A DNA stretch of 64,000 nucleotides, from contig CM060734.1 in NCBI GenBank assembly GCA_030704615.1, forward strand, positions 5,022,001 through 5,086,000. Direction: 5' to 3'. This DNA is from Takakia lepidozioides. Taxonomy: Eukaryota > Plantae > Bryophyta. Below, one piece after another: positions 35,801 through 50,800 of this stretch (within the stretch, counting starts at the first letter, position 1; each line of letters begins with the position of its first letter). The notes under the pieces were generated by a model. That model was not told where the DNA came from, ran no database searches, and saw only the letters and a program-made list of their open reading frames with translations. Made by a program: the position numbers and the translations under genes.

Positions 35801-38800
35801 CTTAGCCTCTTTTAGAAGCTGGTTACTTTAGGACACTTGATACCATGCCAAACTGATATGGATGGATCTTTCGTGGCCAAATCCGGTCCTTGGTTATATG
35901 CCCTCGAATGTTTACCTATTTTCCAAAACGGTAAGACATTGGTAGACGTGAAGAGAATGATTCAGGCATTGTATTCAAGTTGCTTTAGGATAAATAGTAC
36001 CAAAGTAACCTGCAGGCCCGATGGGATGAGCAATTCAGATTCTTTGTGTTTCCTATGGATGATTGCATGGCATGTAAATCTGATTACAGCCTGTTATGGT
36101 AATGATTTCCCTACCCCAGACATAGAACTTGGTCTTGGGGCATGGAATAAGAGGTGGGAATATTACTCTACCCTACCATTGAAATTACACACCAGCCCCA
36201 GATCTAAAACAGATCATGGGGCAAAAAACATGGTGTCAATAAGTGACTTGATGTGCGAAATAGGGCAGCTGATTACACCCCGTTGTATAAGCTGCCAAAT
36301 ATTCAGTCCGTAACCCTGCTTTGGTGATGTTCTCTATGTAAAGAAATGCTCTTATTTTGTTCTTACGCCTTCTACGATCATAAATGGCTTCTTTAAGACC
36401 AACAGACATTTCCAGCCATGAACAGTGATCAATGGATCTTTATTTGGACATGGATACTTACTGCTCAGTCACTTTGGTATGTCCAATGATACAAAGAACC
36501 CAAAACTATACTAGTTCTTGGGCCAACAATAAATTAGGATGGTTGGTTATGCCTTGGTATGTAAGCTGACCAAAAAATACAGACCGAATGACATGGCATG
36601 TCATGAATGGCACTTTTTAGCATGCTGAACAACGGTTTCCTGCTATGAACAGTGGTAATTGAGTCTCTCATTTTTCCCACCCAGAGACTTCATTGACTTT
36701 GAAGTCTGGGATTTGTCATAAAGCTGACTTGTGAATGAAGAATGGTTGATAATGAGGCTGATTCGTCGTTAATTTTACAATGACCTTGTCAGGTCTTTGT
36801 CCATGTCTCGACGAGACATAAGTATCTTCCCTCTCTGATTTAGACCAGTGTACTTGGTGGTTCTTGTACACATTATCAACCAATCTCCCTTCTGTTTTCA
36901 GTTTTATGTTTGATTTACTAACACCTTGGTCTGAGCATGACAAAAGGTTATCAATATATGTTCCTGATCGAAGTGATGAACCCAAGGCAATGGGAAGGCC
37001 AAAGCCATGAGATATCAGCCTCCTCTCCCGCCATGACCATGGTGTGGAGCAAGCAAGTCCTTCATAAGGTAAGATCTTCTCCAGCAAAAATATGTTGGCT
37101 AATTGGTCATGGAGAGTAAGGCATCCTTGAAGGTACCTGAGATAAGCATAGAACATCTATAGGGCTTCTGAATGCTGAAATTTTGAGCTAGGCCTTGGTA
37201 AGACAGCTTGCTGGAGTAGACGTGTACACCTTATACATGATCCGGTCAATGCACATTACTCTTGTTTGCCGGTCCCCTGTAGCCGATGCCTTATGTCAGA
37301 TTTAGATACCTCATGATAAGAACGAGTTCCATTTCTTTGGCTCAAATGTTTCCATGTTTCTCCTGGTTATGGCTTTGCTCTTTATAGCACCATAAAAAAA
37401 ATACCCAATTATGATGTGCTGCTGGTAGATGTTTTGTCTGAATATAACCAGGCGGTAAACCCCTGCCAGACTTCATCACCCAAGTCCCAATACCTGCCCC
37501 CTTTGGTTTTGTACACCCAAAACAAGGGGTGGGTAAACACTAAAAGTCTGATATAAGATTTCCCGATTGTTACTTTATGACAATCATTAGGGCGACTATC
37601 TCTTGTTCCCTATGGCATACTGATGTGACAATGGAGCGACGATATGACAAGCTGATGGCTTTAAAGAGATCTGGTAACATGCTACAATGTAGGGCAGACC
37701 TGTTTTCATGACCAGACAGTGTTCTTGAATGTACAAGCATTGGAAACTTAGCCTCTTTTAGAAGCTGGTTACTTTAGGACACTTGATACCATGCCAAACT
37801 GATATGGATGGATCTTTCGTGGCCAAATCCGGTCCTTGGTTATATGCCCTCGAATGTTTACCTATTTTCCAAAACGGTAAGACATTGGTAGACGTGAAGA
37901 GAATGATTCAGGCATTGTATTCAAGTTGCTTTAGGATAAATAGTACCAAAGTAACCTGCAGGCCCGATGGGATGAGCAATTCAGATTCTTTGTGTTTCCT
38001 ATGGATGATTGCATGGCATGTAAATCTGATTACAGCCTGTTATGGTAATGATTTCCCTACCCCAGACATAGAACTTGGTCTTGGGGCATGGAATAAGAGG
38101 TGGGAATATTACTCTACCCTACCATTGAAATTACACACCAGCCCCAGATCTAAAACAGATCATGGGGCAAAAAACATGGTGTCAATAAGTGACTTGATGT
38201 GCGAAATAGGGCAGCTGATTACACCCCGTTGTATAAGCTGCCAAATATTCAGTCCGTAACCCTGCTTTGGTGATGTTCTCTATGTAAAGAAATGCTCTTA
38301 TTTTGTTCTTACGCCTTCTACGATCATAAATGGCTTCTTTAAGACCAACAGACATTTCCAGCCATGAACAGTGATCAATGGATCTTTATTTGGACATGGA
38401 TACTTACTGCTCAGTCACTTTGGTATGTCCAATGATACAAAGAACCCAAAACTATACTAGTTCTTGGGCCAACAATAAATTAGGATGGTTGGTTATGCCT
38501 TGGTATGTAAGCTGACCAAAAAATACAGACCGAATGACATGGCATGTCATGAATGGCACTTTTTAGCATGCTGAACAACGGTTTCCTGCTATGAACAGTG
38601 GTAATTGAGTCTCTCATTTTTCCCACCCAGAGACTTCATTGACTTTGAAGTCTGGGATTTGTCATAAAGCTGACTTGTGAATGAAGAATGGTTGATAATG
38701 AGGCTGATTCGTCGTTAATTTTACAATGACCTTGTCAGGTCTTTGTCCATGTCTCGACGAGACATAAGTATCTTCCCTCTCTGATTTAGACCAGTGTACT

Positions 38801-41800
38801 TGGTGGTTCTTGTACACATTATCAACCAATCTCCCTTCTGTTTTCAGTTTTATGTTTGATTTACTAACACCTTGGTCTGAGCATGACAAAAGGTTATCAA
38901 TATATGTTCCTGATCGAAGTGATGAACCCAAGGCAATGGGAAGGCCAAAGCCATGAGATATCAGCCTCCTCTCCCGCCATGACCATGGTGTGGAGCAAGC
39001 AAGTCCTTCATAAGGTAAGATCTTCTCCAGCAAAAATATGTTGGCTAATTGGTCATGGAGAGTAAGGCATCCTTGAAGGTACCTGAGATAAGCATAGAAC
39101 ATCTATAGGGCTTCTGAATGCTGAAATTTTGAGCTAGGCCTTGGTAAGACAGCTTGCTGGAGTAGACGTGTACACCTTATACATGATCCGGTCAATGCAC
39201 ATTACTCTTGTTTGCCGGTCCCCTGTAGCCGATGCCTTATGTCAGATTTAGATACCTCATGATAAGAACGAGTTCCATTTCTTTGGCTCAAATGTTTCCA
39301 TGTTTCTCCTGGTTATGGCTTTGCTCTTTATAGCACCATAAAAAAAATACCCAATTATGATGTGCTGCTGGTAGATGTTTTGTCTGAATATAACCAGGCG
39401 GTAAACCCCTGCCAGACTTCATCACCCAAGTCCCAATACCTGCCCCCTTTGGTTTTGTACACCCAAAACAAGGGGTGGGTAAACACTAAAAGTCTGATAT
39501 AAGATTTCCCGATTGTTACTTTATGACAATCATTAGGGCGACTATCTCTTGTTCCCTATGGCATACTGATGTGACAATGGAGCGACGATATGACAAGCTG
39601 ATGGCTTTAAAGAGATCTGGTAACATGCTACAATGTAGGGCAGACCTGTTTTCATGACCAGACAGTGTTCTTGAATGTACAAGCATTGGAAACTTAGCCT
39701 CTTTTAGAAGCTGGTTACTTTAGGACACTTGATACCATGCCAAACTGATATGGATGGATCTTTCGTGGCCAAATCCGGTCCTTGGTTATATGCCCTCGAA
39801 TGTTTACCTATTTTCCAAAACGGTAAGACATTGGTAGACGTGAAGAGAATGATTCAGGCATTGTATTCAAGTTGCTTTAGGATAAATAGTACCAAAGTAA
39901 CCTGCAGGCCCGATGGGATGAGCAATTCAGATTCTTTGTGTTTCCTATGGATGATTGCATGGCATGTAAATCTGATTACAGCCTGTTATGGTAATGATTT
40001 CCCTACCCCAGACATAGAACTTGGTCTTGGGGCATGGAATAAGAGGTGGGAATATTACTCTACCCTACCATTGAAATTACACACCAGCCCCAGATCTAAA
40101 ACAGATCATGGGGCAAAAAACATGGTGTCAATAAGTGACTTGATGTGCGAAATAGGGCAGCTGATTACACCCCGTTGTATAAGCTGCCAAATATTCAGTC
40201 CGTAACCCTGCTTTGGTGATGTTCTCTATGTAAAGAAATGCTCTTATTTTGTTCTTACGCCTTCTACGATCATAAATGGCTTCTTTAAGACCAACAGACA
40301 TTTCCAGCCATGAACAGTGATCAATGGATCTTTATTTGGACATGGATACTTACTGCTCAGTCACTTTGGTATGTCCAATGATACAAAGAACCCAAAACTA
40401 TACTAGTTCTTGGGCCAACAATAAATTAGGATGGTTGGTTATGCCTTGGTATGTAAGCTGACCAAAAAATACAGACCGAATGACATGGCATGTCATGAAT
40501 GGCACTTTTTAGCATGCTGAACAACGGTTTCCTGCTATGAACAGTGGTAATTGAGTCTCTCATTTTTCCCACCCAGAGACTTCATTGACTTTGAAGTCTG
40601 GGATTTGTCATAAAGCTGACTTGTGAATGAAGAATGGTTGATAATGAGGCTGATTCGTCGTTAATTTTACAATGACCTTGTCAGGTCTTTGTCCATGTCT
40701 CGACGAGACATAAGTATCTTCCCTCTCTGATTTAGACCAGTGTACTTGGTGGTTCTTGTACACATTATCAACCAATCTCCCTTCTGTTTTCAGTTTTATG
40801 TTTGATTTACTAACACCTTGGTCTGAGCATGACAAAAGGTTATCAATATATGTTCCTGATCGAAGTGATGAACCCAAGGCAATGGGAAGGCCAAAGCCAT
40901 GAGATATCAGCCTCCTCTCCCGCCATGACCATGGTGTGGAGCAAGCAAGTCCTTCATAAGGTAAGATCTTCTCCAGCAAAAATATGTTGGCTAATTGGTC
41001 ATGGAGAGTAAGGCATCCTTGAAGGTACCTGAGATAAGCATAGAACATCTATAGGGCTTCTGAATGCTGAAATTTTGAGCTAGGCCTTGGTAAGACAGCT
41101 TGCTGGAGTAGACGTGTACACCTTATACATGATCCGGTCAATGCACATTACTCTTGTTTGCCGGTCCCCTGTAGCCGATGCCTTATGTCAGATTTAGATA
41201 CCTCATGATAAGAACGAGTTCCATTTCTTTGGCTCAAATGTTTCCATGTTTCTCCTGGTTATGGCTTTGCTCTTTATAGCACCATAAAAAAAATACCCAA
41301 TTATGATGTGCTGCTGGTAGATGTTTTGTCTGAATATAACCAGGCGGTAAACCCCTGCCAGACTTCATCACCCAAGTCCCAATACCTGCCCCCTTTGGTT
41401 TTGTACACCCAAAACAAGGGGTGGGTAAACACTAAAAGTCTGATATAAGATTTCCCGATTGTTACTTTATGACAATCATTAGGGCGACTATCTCTTGTTC
41501 CCTATGGCATACTGATGTGACAATGGAGCGACGATATGACAAGCTGATGGCTTTAAAGAGATCTGGTAACATGCTACAATGTAGGGCAGACCTGTTTTCA
41601 TGACCAGACAGTGTTCTTGAATGTACAAGCATTGGAAACTTAGCCTCTTTTAGAAGCTGGTTACTTTAGGACACTTGATACCATGCCAAACTGATATGGA
41701 TGGATCTTTCGTGGCCAAATCCGGTCCTTGGTTATATGCCCTCGAATGTTTACCTATTTTCCAAAACGGTAAGACATTGGTAGACGTGAAGAGAATGATT

Positions 41801-44800
41801 CAGGCATTGTATTCAAGTTGCTTTAGGATAAATAGTACCAAAGTAACCTGCAGGCCCGATGGGATGAGCAATTCAGATTCTTTGTGTTTCCTATGGATGA
41901 TTGCATGGCATGTAAATCTGATTACAGCCTGTTATGGTAATGATTTCCCTACCCCAGACATAGAACTTGGTCTTGGGGCATGGAATAAGAGGTGGGAATA
42001 TTACTCTACCCTACCATTGAAATTACACACCAGCCCCAGATCTAAAACAGATCATGGGGCAAAAAACATGGTGTCAATAAGTGACTTGATGTGCGAAATA
42101 GGGCAGCTGATTACACCCCGTTGTATAAGCTGCCAAATATTCAGTCCGTAACCCTGCTTTGGTGATGTTCTCTATGTAAAGAAATGCTCTTATTTTGTTC
42201 TTACGCCTTCTACGATCATAAATGGCTTCTTTAAGACCAACAGACATTTCCAGCCATGAACAGTGATCAATGGATCTTTTATTTGGACATGGATACTTAC
42301 TGCTCAGTCACTTTGGTATGTCCAATGATACAAAGAACCCAAAACTATACTAGTTCTTGGGCCAACAATAAATTAGGATGGTTGGTTATGCCTTGGTATG
42401 TAAGCTGACCAAAAAATACAGACCGAATGACATGGCATGTCATGAATGGCACTTTTTAGCATGCTGAACAACGGTTTCCTGCTATGAACAGTGGTAATTG
42501 AGTCTCTCATTTTTCCCACCCAGAGACTTCATTGACTTTGAAGTCTGGGATTTGTCATAAAGCTGACTTGTGAATGAAGAATGGTTGATAATGAGGCTGA
42601 TTCGTCGTTAATTTTACAATGACCTTGTCAGGTCTTTGTCCATGTCTCGACGAGACATAAGTATCTTCCCTCTCTGATTTAGACCAGTGTACTTGGTGGT
42701 TCTTGTACACATTATCAACCAATCTCCCTTCTGTTTTCAGTTTTATGTTTGATTTACTAACACCTTGGTCTGAGCATGACAAAAGGTTATCAATATATGT
42801 TCCTGATCGAAGTGATGAACCCAAGGCAATGGGAAGGCCAAAGCCATGAGATATCAGCCTCCTCTCCCGCCATGACCATGGTGTGGAGCAAGCAAGTCCT
42901 TCATAAGGTAAGATCTTCTCCAGCAAAAATATGTTGGCTAATTGGTCATGGAGAGTAAGGCATCCTTGAAGGTACCTGAGATAAGCATAGAACATCTATA
43001 GGGCTTCTGAATGCTGAAATTTTGAGCTAGGCCTTGGTAAGACAGCTTGCTGGAGTAGACGTGTACACCTTATACATGATCCGGTCAATGCACATTACTC
43101 TTGTTTGCCGGTCCCCTGTAGCCGATGCCTTATGTCAGATTTAGATACCTCATGATAAGAACGAGTTCCATTTCTTTGGCTCAAATGTTTCCATGTTTCT
43201 CCTGGTTATGGCTTTGCTCTTTATAGCACCATAAAAAAAATACCCAATTATGATGTGCTGCTGGTAGATGTTTTGTCTGAATATAACCAGGCGGTAAACC
43301 CCTGCCAGACTTCATCACCCAAGTCCCAATACCTGCCCCCTTTGGTTTTGTACACCCAAAACAAGGGGTGGGTAAACACTAAAAGTCTGATATAAGATTT
43401 CCCGATTGTTACTTTATGACAATCATTAGGGCGACTATCTCTTGTTCCCTATGGCATACTGATGTGACAATGGAGCGACGATATGACAAGCTGATGGCTT
43501 TAAAGAGATCTGGTAACATGCTACAATGTAGGGCAGACCTGTTTTCATGACCAGACAGTGTTCTTGAATGTACAAGCATTGGAAACTTAGCCTCTTTTAG
43601 AAGCTGGTTACTTTAGGACACTTGATACCATGCCAAACTGATATGGATGGATCTTTCGTGGCCAAATCCGGTCCTTGGTTATATGCCCTCGAATGTTTAC
43701 CTATTTTCCAAAACGGTAAGACATTGGTAGACGTGAAGAGAATGATTCAGGCATTGTATTCAAGTTGCTTTAGGATAAATAGTACCAAAGTAACCTGCAG
43801 GCCCGATGGGATGAGCAATTCAGATTCTTTGTGTTTCCTATGGATGATTGCATGGCATGTAAATCTGATTACAGCCTGTTATGGTAATGATTTCCCTACC
43901 CCAGACATAGAACTTGGTCTTGGGGCATGGAATAAGAGGTGGGAATATTACTCTACCCTACCATTGAAATTACACACCAGCCCCAGATCTAAAACAGATC
44001 ATGGGGCAAAAAACATGGTGTCAATAAGTGACTTGATGTGCGAAATAGGGCAGCTGATTACACCCCGTTGTATAAGCTGCCAAATATTCAGTCCGTAACC
44101 CTGCTTTGGTGATGTTCTCTATGTAAAGAAATGCTCTTATTTTGTTCTTACGCCTTCTACGATCATAAATGGCTTCTTTAAGACCAACAGACATTTCCAG
44201 CCATGAACAGTGATCAATGGATCTTTATTTGGACATGGATACTTACTGCTCAGTCACTTTGGTATGTCCAATGATACAAAGAACCCAAAACTATACTAGT
44301 TCTTGGGCCAACAATAAATTAGGATGGTTGGTTATGCCTTGGTATGTAAGCTGACCAAAAAATACAGACCGAATGACATGGCATGTCATGAATGGCACTT
44401 TTTAGCATGCTGAACAACGGTTTCCTGCTATGAACAGTGGTAATTGAGTCTCTCATTTTTCCCACCCAGAGACTTCATTGACTTTGAAGTCTGGGATTTG
44501 TCATAAAGCTGACTTGTGAATGAAGAATGGTTGATAATGAGGCTGATTCGTCGTTAATTTTACAATGACCTTGTCAGGTCTTTGTCCATGTCTCGACGAG
44601 ACATAAGTATCTTCCCTCTCTGATTTAGACCAGTGTACTTGGTGGTTCTTGTACACATTATCAACCAATCTCCCTTCTGTTTTCAGTTTTATGTTTGATT
44701 TACTAACACCTTGGTCTGAGCATGACAAAAGGTTATCAATATATGTTCCTGATCGAAGTGATGAACCCAAGGCAATGGGAAGGCCAAAGCCATGAGATAT

Positions 44801-47800
44801 CAGCCTCCTCTCCCGCCATGACCATGGTGTGGAGCAAGCAAGTCCTTCATAAGGTAAGATCTTCTCCAGCAAAAATATGTTGGCTAATTGGTCATGGAGA
44901 GTAAGGCATCCTTGAAGGTACCTGAGATAAGCATAGAACATCTATAGGGCTTCTGAATGCTGAAATTTTGAGCTAGGCCTTGGTAAGACAGCTTGCTGGA
45001 GTAGACGTGTACACCTTATACATGATCCGGTCAATGCACATTACTCTTGTTTGCCGGTCCCCTGTAGCCGATGCCTTATGTCAGATTTAGATACCTCATG
45101 ATAAGAACGAGTTCCATTTCTTTGGCTCAAATGTTTCCATGTTTCTCCTGGTTATGGCTTTGCTCTTTATAGCACCATAAAAAAAATACCCAATTATGAT
45201 GTGCTGCTGGTAGATGTTTTGTCTGAATATAACCAGGCGGTAAACCCCTGCCAGACTTCATCACCCAAGTCCCAATACCTGCCCCCTTTGGTTTTGTACA
45301 CCCAAAACAAGGGGTGGGTAAACACTAAAAGTCTGATATAAGATTTCCCGATTGTTACTTTATGACAATCATTAGGGCGACTATCTCTTGTTCCCTATGG
45401 CATACTGATGTGACAATGGAGCGACGATATGACAAGCTGATGGCTTTAAAGAGATCTGGTAACATGCTACAATGTAGGGCAGACCTGTTTTCATGACCAG
45501 ACAGTGTTCTTGAATGTACAAGCATTGGAAACTTAGCCTCTTTTAGAAGCTGGTTACTTTAGGACACTTGATACCATGCCAAACTGATATGGATGGATCT
45601 TTCGTGGCCAAATCCGGTCCTTGGTTATATGCCCTCGAATGTTTACCTATTTTCCAAAACGGTAAGACATTGGTAGACGTGAAGAGAATGATTCAGGCAT
45701 TGTATTCAAGTTGCTTTAGGATAAATAGTACCAAAGTAACCTGCAGGCCCGATGGGATGAGCAATTCAGATTCTTTGTGTTTCCTATGGATGATTGCATG
45801 GCATGTAAATCTGATTACAGCCTGTTATGGTAATGATTTCCCTACCCCAGACATAGAACTTGGTCTTGGGGCATGGAATAAGAGGTGGGAATATTACTCT
45901 ACCCTACCATTGAAATTACACACCAGCCCCAGATCTAAAACAGATCATGGGGCAAAAAACATGGTGTCAATAAGTGACTTGATGTGCGAAATAGGGCAGC
46001 TGATTACACCCCGTTGTATAAGCTGCCAAATATTCAGTCCGTAACCCTGCTTTGGTGATGTTCTCTATGTAAAGAAATGCTCTTATTTTGTTCTTACGCC
46101 TTCTACGATCATAAATGGCTTCTTTAAGACCAACAGACATTTCCAGCCATGAACAGTGATCAATGGATCTTTATTTGGACATGGATACTTACTGCTCAGT
46201 CACTTTGGTATGTCCAATGATACAAAGAACCCAAAACTATACTAGTTCTTGGGCCAACAATAAATTAGGATGGTTGGTTATGCCTTGGTATGTAAGCTGA
46301 CCAAAAAATACAGACCGAATGACATGGCATGTCATGAATGGCACTTTTTAGCATGCTGAACAACGGTTTCCTGCTATGAACAGTGGTAATTGAGTCTCTC
46401 ATTTTTCCCACCCAGAGACTTCATTGACTTTGAAGTCTGGGATTTGTCATAAAGCTGACTTGTGAATGAAGAATGGTTGATAATGAGGCTGATTCGTCGT
46501 TAATTTTACAATGACCTTGTCAGGTCTTTGTCCATGTCTCGACGAGACATAAGTATCTTCCCTCTCTGATTTAGACCAGTGTACTTGGTGGTTCTTGTAC
46601 ACATTATCAACCAATCTCCCTTCTGTTTTCAGTTTTATGTTTGATTTACTAACACCTTGGTCTGAGCATGACAAAAGGTTATCAATATATGTTCCTGATC
46701 GAAGTGATGAACCCAAGGCAATGGGAAGGCCAAAGCCATGAGATATCAGCCTCCTCTCCCGCCATGACCATGGTGTGGAGCAAGCAAGTCCTTCATAAGG
46801 TAAGATCTTCTCCAGCAAAAATATGTTGGCTAATTGGTCATGGAGAGTAAGGCATCCTTGAAGGTACCTGAGATAAGCATAGAACATCTATAGGGCTTCT
46901 GAATGCTGAAATTTTGAGCTAGGCCTTGGTAAGACAGCTTGCTGGAGTAGACGTGTACACCTTATACATGATCCGGTCAATGCACATTACTCTTGTTTGC
47001 CGGTCCCCTGTAGCCGATGCCTTATGTCAGATTTAGATACCTCATGATAAGAACGAGTTCCATTTCTTTGGCTCAAATGTTTCCATGTTTCTCCTGGTTA
47101 TGGCTTTGCTCTTTATAGCACCATAAAAAAAATACCCAATTATGATGTGCTGCTGGTAGATGTTTTGTCTGAATATAACCAGGCGGTAAACCCCTGCCAG
47201 ACTTCATCACCCAAGTCCCAATACCTGCCCCCTTTGGTTTTGTACACCCAAAACAAGGGGTGGGTAAACACTAAAAGTCTGATATAAGATTTCCCGATTG
47301 TTACTTTATGACAATCATTAGGGCGACTATCTCTTGTTCCCTATGGCATACTGATGTGACAATGGAGCGACGATATGACAAGCTGATGGCTTTAAAGAGA
47401 TCTGGTAACATGCTACAATGTAGGGCAGACCTGTTTTCATGACCAGACAGTGTTCTTGAATGTACAAGCATTGGAAACTTAGCCTCTTTTAGAAGCTGGT
47501 TACTTTAGGACACTTGATACCATGCCAAACTGATATGGATGGATCTTTCGTGGCCAAATCCGGTCCTTGGTTATATGCCCTCGAATGTTTACCTATTTTC
47601 CAAAACGGTAAGACATTGGTAGACGTGAAGAGAATGATTCAGGCATTGTATTCAAGTTGCTTTAGGATAAATAGTACCAAAGTAACCTGCAGGCCCGATG
47701 GGATGAGCAATTCAGATTCTTTGTGTTTCCTATGGATGATTGCATGGCATGTAAATCTGATTACAGCCTGTTATGGTAATGATTTCCCTACCCCAGACAT

Positions 47801-50800
47801 AGAACTTGGTCTTGGGGCATGGAATAAGAGGTGGGAATATTACTCTACCCTACCATTGAAATTACACACCAGCCCCAGATCTAAAACAGATCATGGGGCA
47901 AAAAACATGGTGTCAATAAGTGACTTGATGTGCGAAATAGGGCAGCTGATTACACCCCGTTGTATAAGCTGCCAAATATTCAGTCCGTAACCCTGCTTTG
48001 GTGATGTTCTCTATGTAAAGAAATGCTCTTATTTTGTTCTTACGCCTTCTACGATCATAAATGGCTTCTTTAAGACCAACAGACATTTCCAGCCATGAAC
48101 AGTGATCAATGGATCTTTATTTGGACATGGATACTTACTGCTCAGTCACTTTGGTATGTCCAATGATACAAAGAACCCAAAACTATACTAGTTCTTGGGC
48201 CAACAATAAATTAGGATGGTTGGTTATGCCTTGGTATGTAAGCTGACCAAAAAATACAGACCGAATGACATGGCATGTCATGAATGGCACTTTTTAGCAT
48301 GCTGAACAACGGTTTCCTGCTATGAACAGTGGTAATTGAGTCTCTCATTTTTCCCACCCAGAGACTTCATTGACTTTGAAGTCTGGGATTTGTCATAAAG
48401 CTGACTTGTGAATGAAGAATGGTTGATAATGAGGCTGATTCGTCGTTAATTTTACAATGACCTTGTCAGGTCTTTGTCCATGTCTCGACGAGACATAAGT
48501 ATCTTCCCTCTCTGATTTAGACCAGTGTACTTGGTGGTTCTTGTACACATTATCAACCAATCTCCCTTCTGTTTTCAGTTTTATGTTTGATTTACTAACA
48601 CCTTGGTCTGAGCATGACAAAAGGTTATCAATATATGTTCCTGATCGAAGTGATGAACCCAAGGCAATGGGAAGGCCAAAGCCATGAGATATCAGCCTCC
48701 TCTCCCGCCATGACCATGGTGTGGAGCAAGCAAGTCCTTCATAAGGTAAGATCTTCTCCAGCAAAAATATGTTGGCTAATTGGTCATGGAGAGTAAGGCA
48801 TCCTTGAAGGTACCTGAGATAAGCATAGAACATCTATAGGGCTTCTGAATGCTGAAATTTTGAGCTAGGCCTTGGTAAGACAGCTTGCTGGAGTAGACGT
48901 GTACACCTTATACATGATCCGGTCAATGCACATTACTCTTGTTTGCCGGTCCCCTGTAGCCGATGCCTTATGTCAGATTTAGATACCTCATGATAAGAAC
49001 GAGTTCCATTTCTTTGGCTCAAATGTTTCCATGTTTCTCCTGGTTATGGCTTTGCTCTTTATAGCACCATAAAAAAAATACCCAATTATGATGTGCTGCT
49101 GGTAGATGTTTTGTCTGAATATAACCAGGCGGTAAACCCCTGCCAGACTTCATCACCCAAGTCCCAATACCTGCCCCCTTTGGTTTTGTACACCCAAAAC
49201 AAGGGGTGGGTAAACACTAAAAGTCTGATATAAGATTTCCCGATTGTTACTTTATGACAATCATTAGGGCGACTATCTCTTGTTCCCTATGGCATACTGA
49301 TGTGACAATGGAGCGACGATATGACAAGCTGATGGCTTTAAAGAGATCTGGTAACATGCTACAATGTAGGGCAGACCTGTTTTCATGACCAGACAGTGTT
49401 CTTGAATGTACAAGCATTGGAAACTTAGCCTCTTTTAGAAGCTGGTTACTTTAGGACACTTGATACCATGCCAAACTGATATGGATGGATCTTTCGTGGC
49501 CAAATCCGGTCCTTGGTTATATGCCCTCGAATGTTTACCTATTTTCCAAAACGGTAAGACATTGGTAGACGTGAAGAGAATGATTCAGGCATTGTATTCA
49601 AGTTGCTTTAGGATAAATAGTACCAAAGTAACCTGCAGGCCCGATGGGATGAGCAATTCAGATTCTTTGTGTTTCCTATGGATGATTGCATGGCATGTAA
49701 ATCTGATTACAGCCTGTTATGGTAATGATTTCCCTACCCCAGACATAGAACTTGGTCTTGGGGCATGGAATAAGAGGTGGGAATATTACTCTACCCTACC
49801 ATTGAAATTACACACCAGCCCCAGATCTAAAACAGATCATGGGGCAAAAAACATGGTGTCAATAAGTGACTTGATGTGCGAAATAGGGCAGCTGATTACA
49901 CCCCGTTGTATAAGCTGCCAAATATTCAGTCCGTAACCCTGCTTTGGTGATGTTCTCTATGTAAAGAAATGCTCTTATTTTGTTCTTACGCCTTCTACGA
50001 TCATAAATGGCTTCTTTAAGACCAACAGACATTTCCAGCCATGAACAGTGATCAATGGATCTTTATTTGGACATGGATACTTACTGCTCAGTCACTTTGG
50101 TATGTCCAATGATACAAAGAACCCAAAACTATACTAGTTCTTGGGCCAACAATAAATTAGGATGGTTGGTTATGCCTTGGTATGTAAGCTGACCAAAAAA
50201 TACAGACCGAATGACATGGCATGTCATGAATGGCACTTTTTAGCATGCTGAACAACGGTTTCCTGCTATGAACAGTGGTAATTGAGTCTCTCATTTTTCC
50301 CACCCAGAGACTTCATTGACTTTGAAGTCTGGGATTTGTCATAAAGCTGACTTGTGAATGAAGAATGGTTGATAATGAGGCTGATTCGTCGTTAATTTTA
50401 CAATGACCTTGTCAGGTCTTTGTCCATGTCTCGACGAGACATAAGTATCTTCCCTCTCTGATTTAGACCAGTGTACTTGGTGGTTCTTGTACACATTATC
50501 AACCAATCTCCCTTCTGTTTTCAGTTTTATGTTTGATTTACTAACACCTTGGTCTGAGCATGACAAAAGGTTATCAATATATGTTCCTGATCGAAGTGAT
50601 GAACCCAAGGCAATGGGAAGGCCAAAGCCATGAGATATCAGCCTCCTCTCCCGCCATGACCATGGTGTGGAGCAAGCAAGTCCTTCATAAGGTAAGATCT
50701 TCTCCAGCAAAAATATGTTGGCTAATTGGTCATGGAGAGTAAGGCATCCTTGAAGGTACCTGAGATAAGCATAGAACATCTATAGGGCTTCTGAATGCTG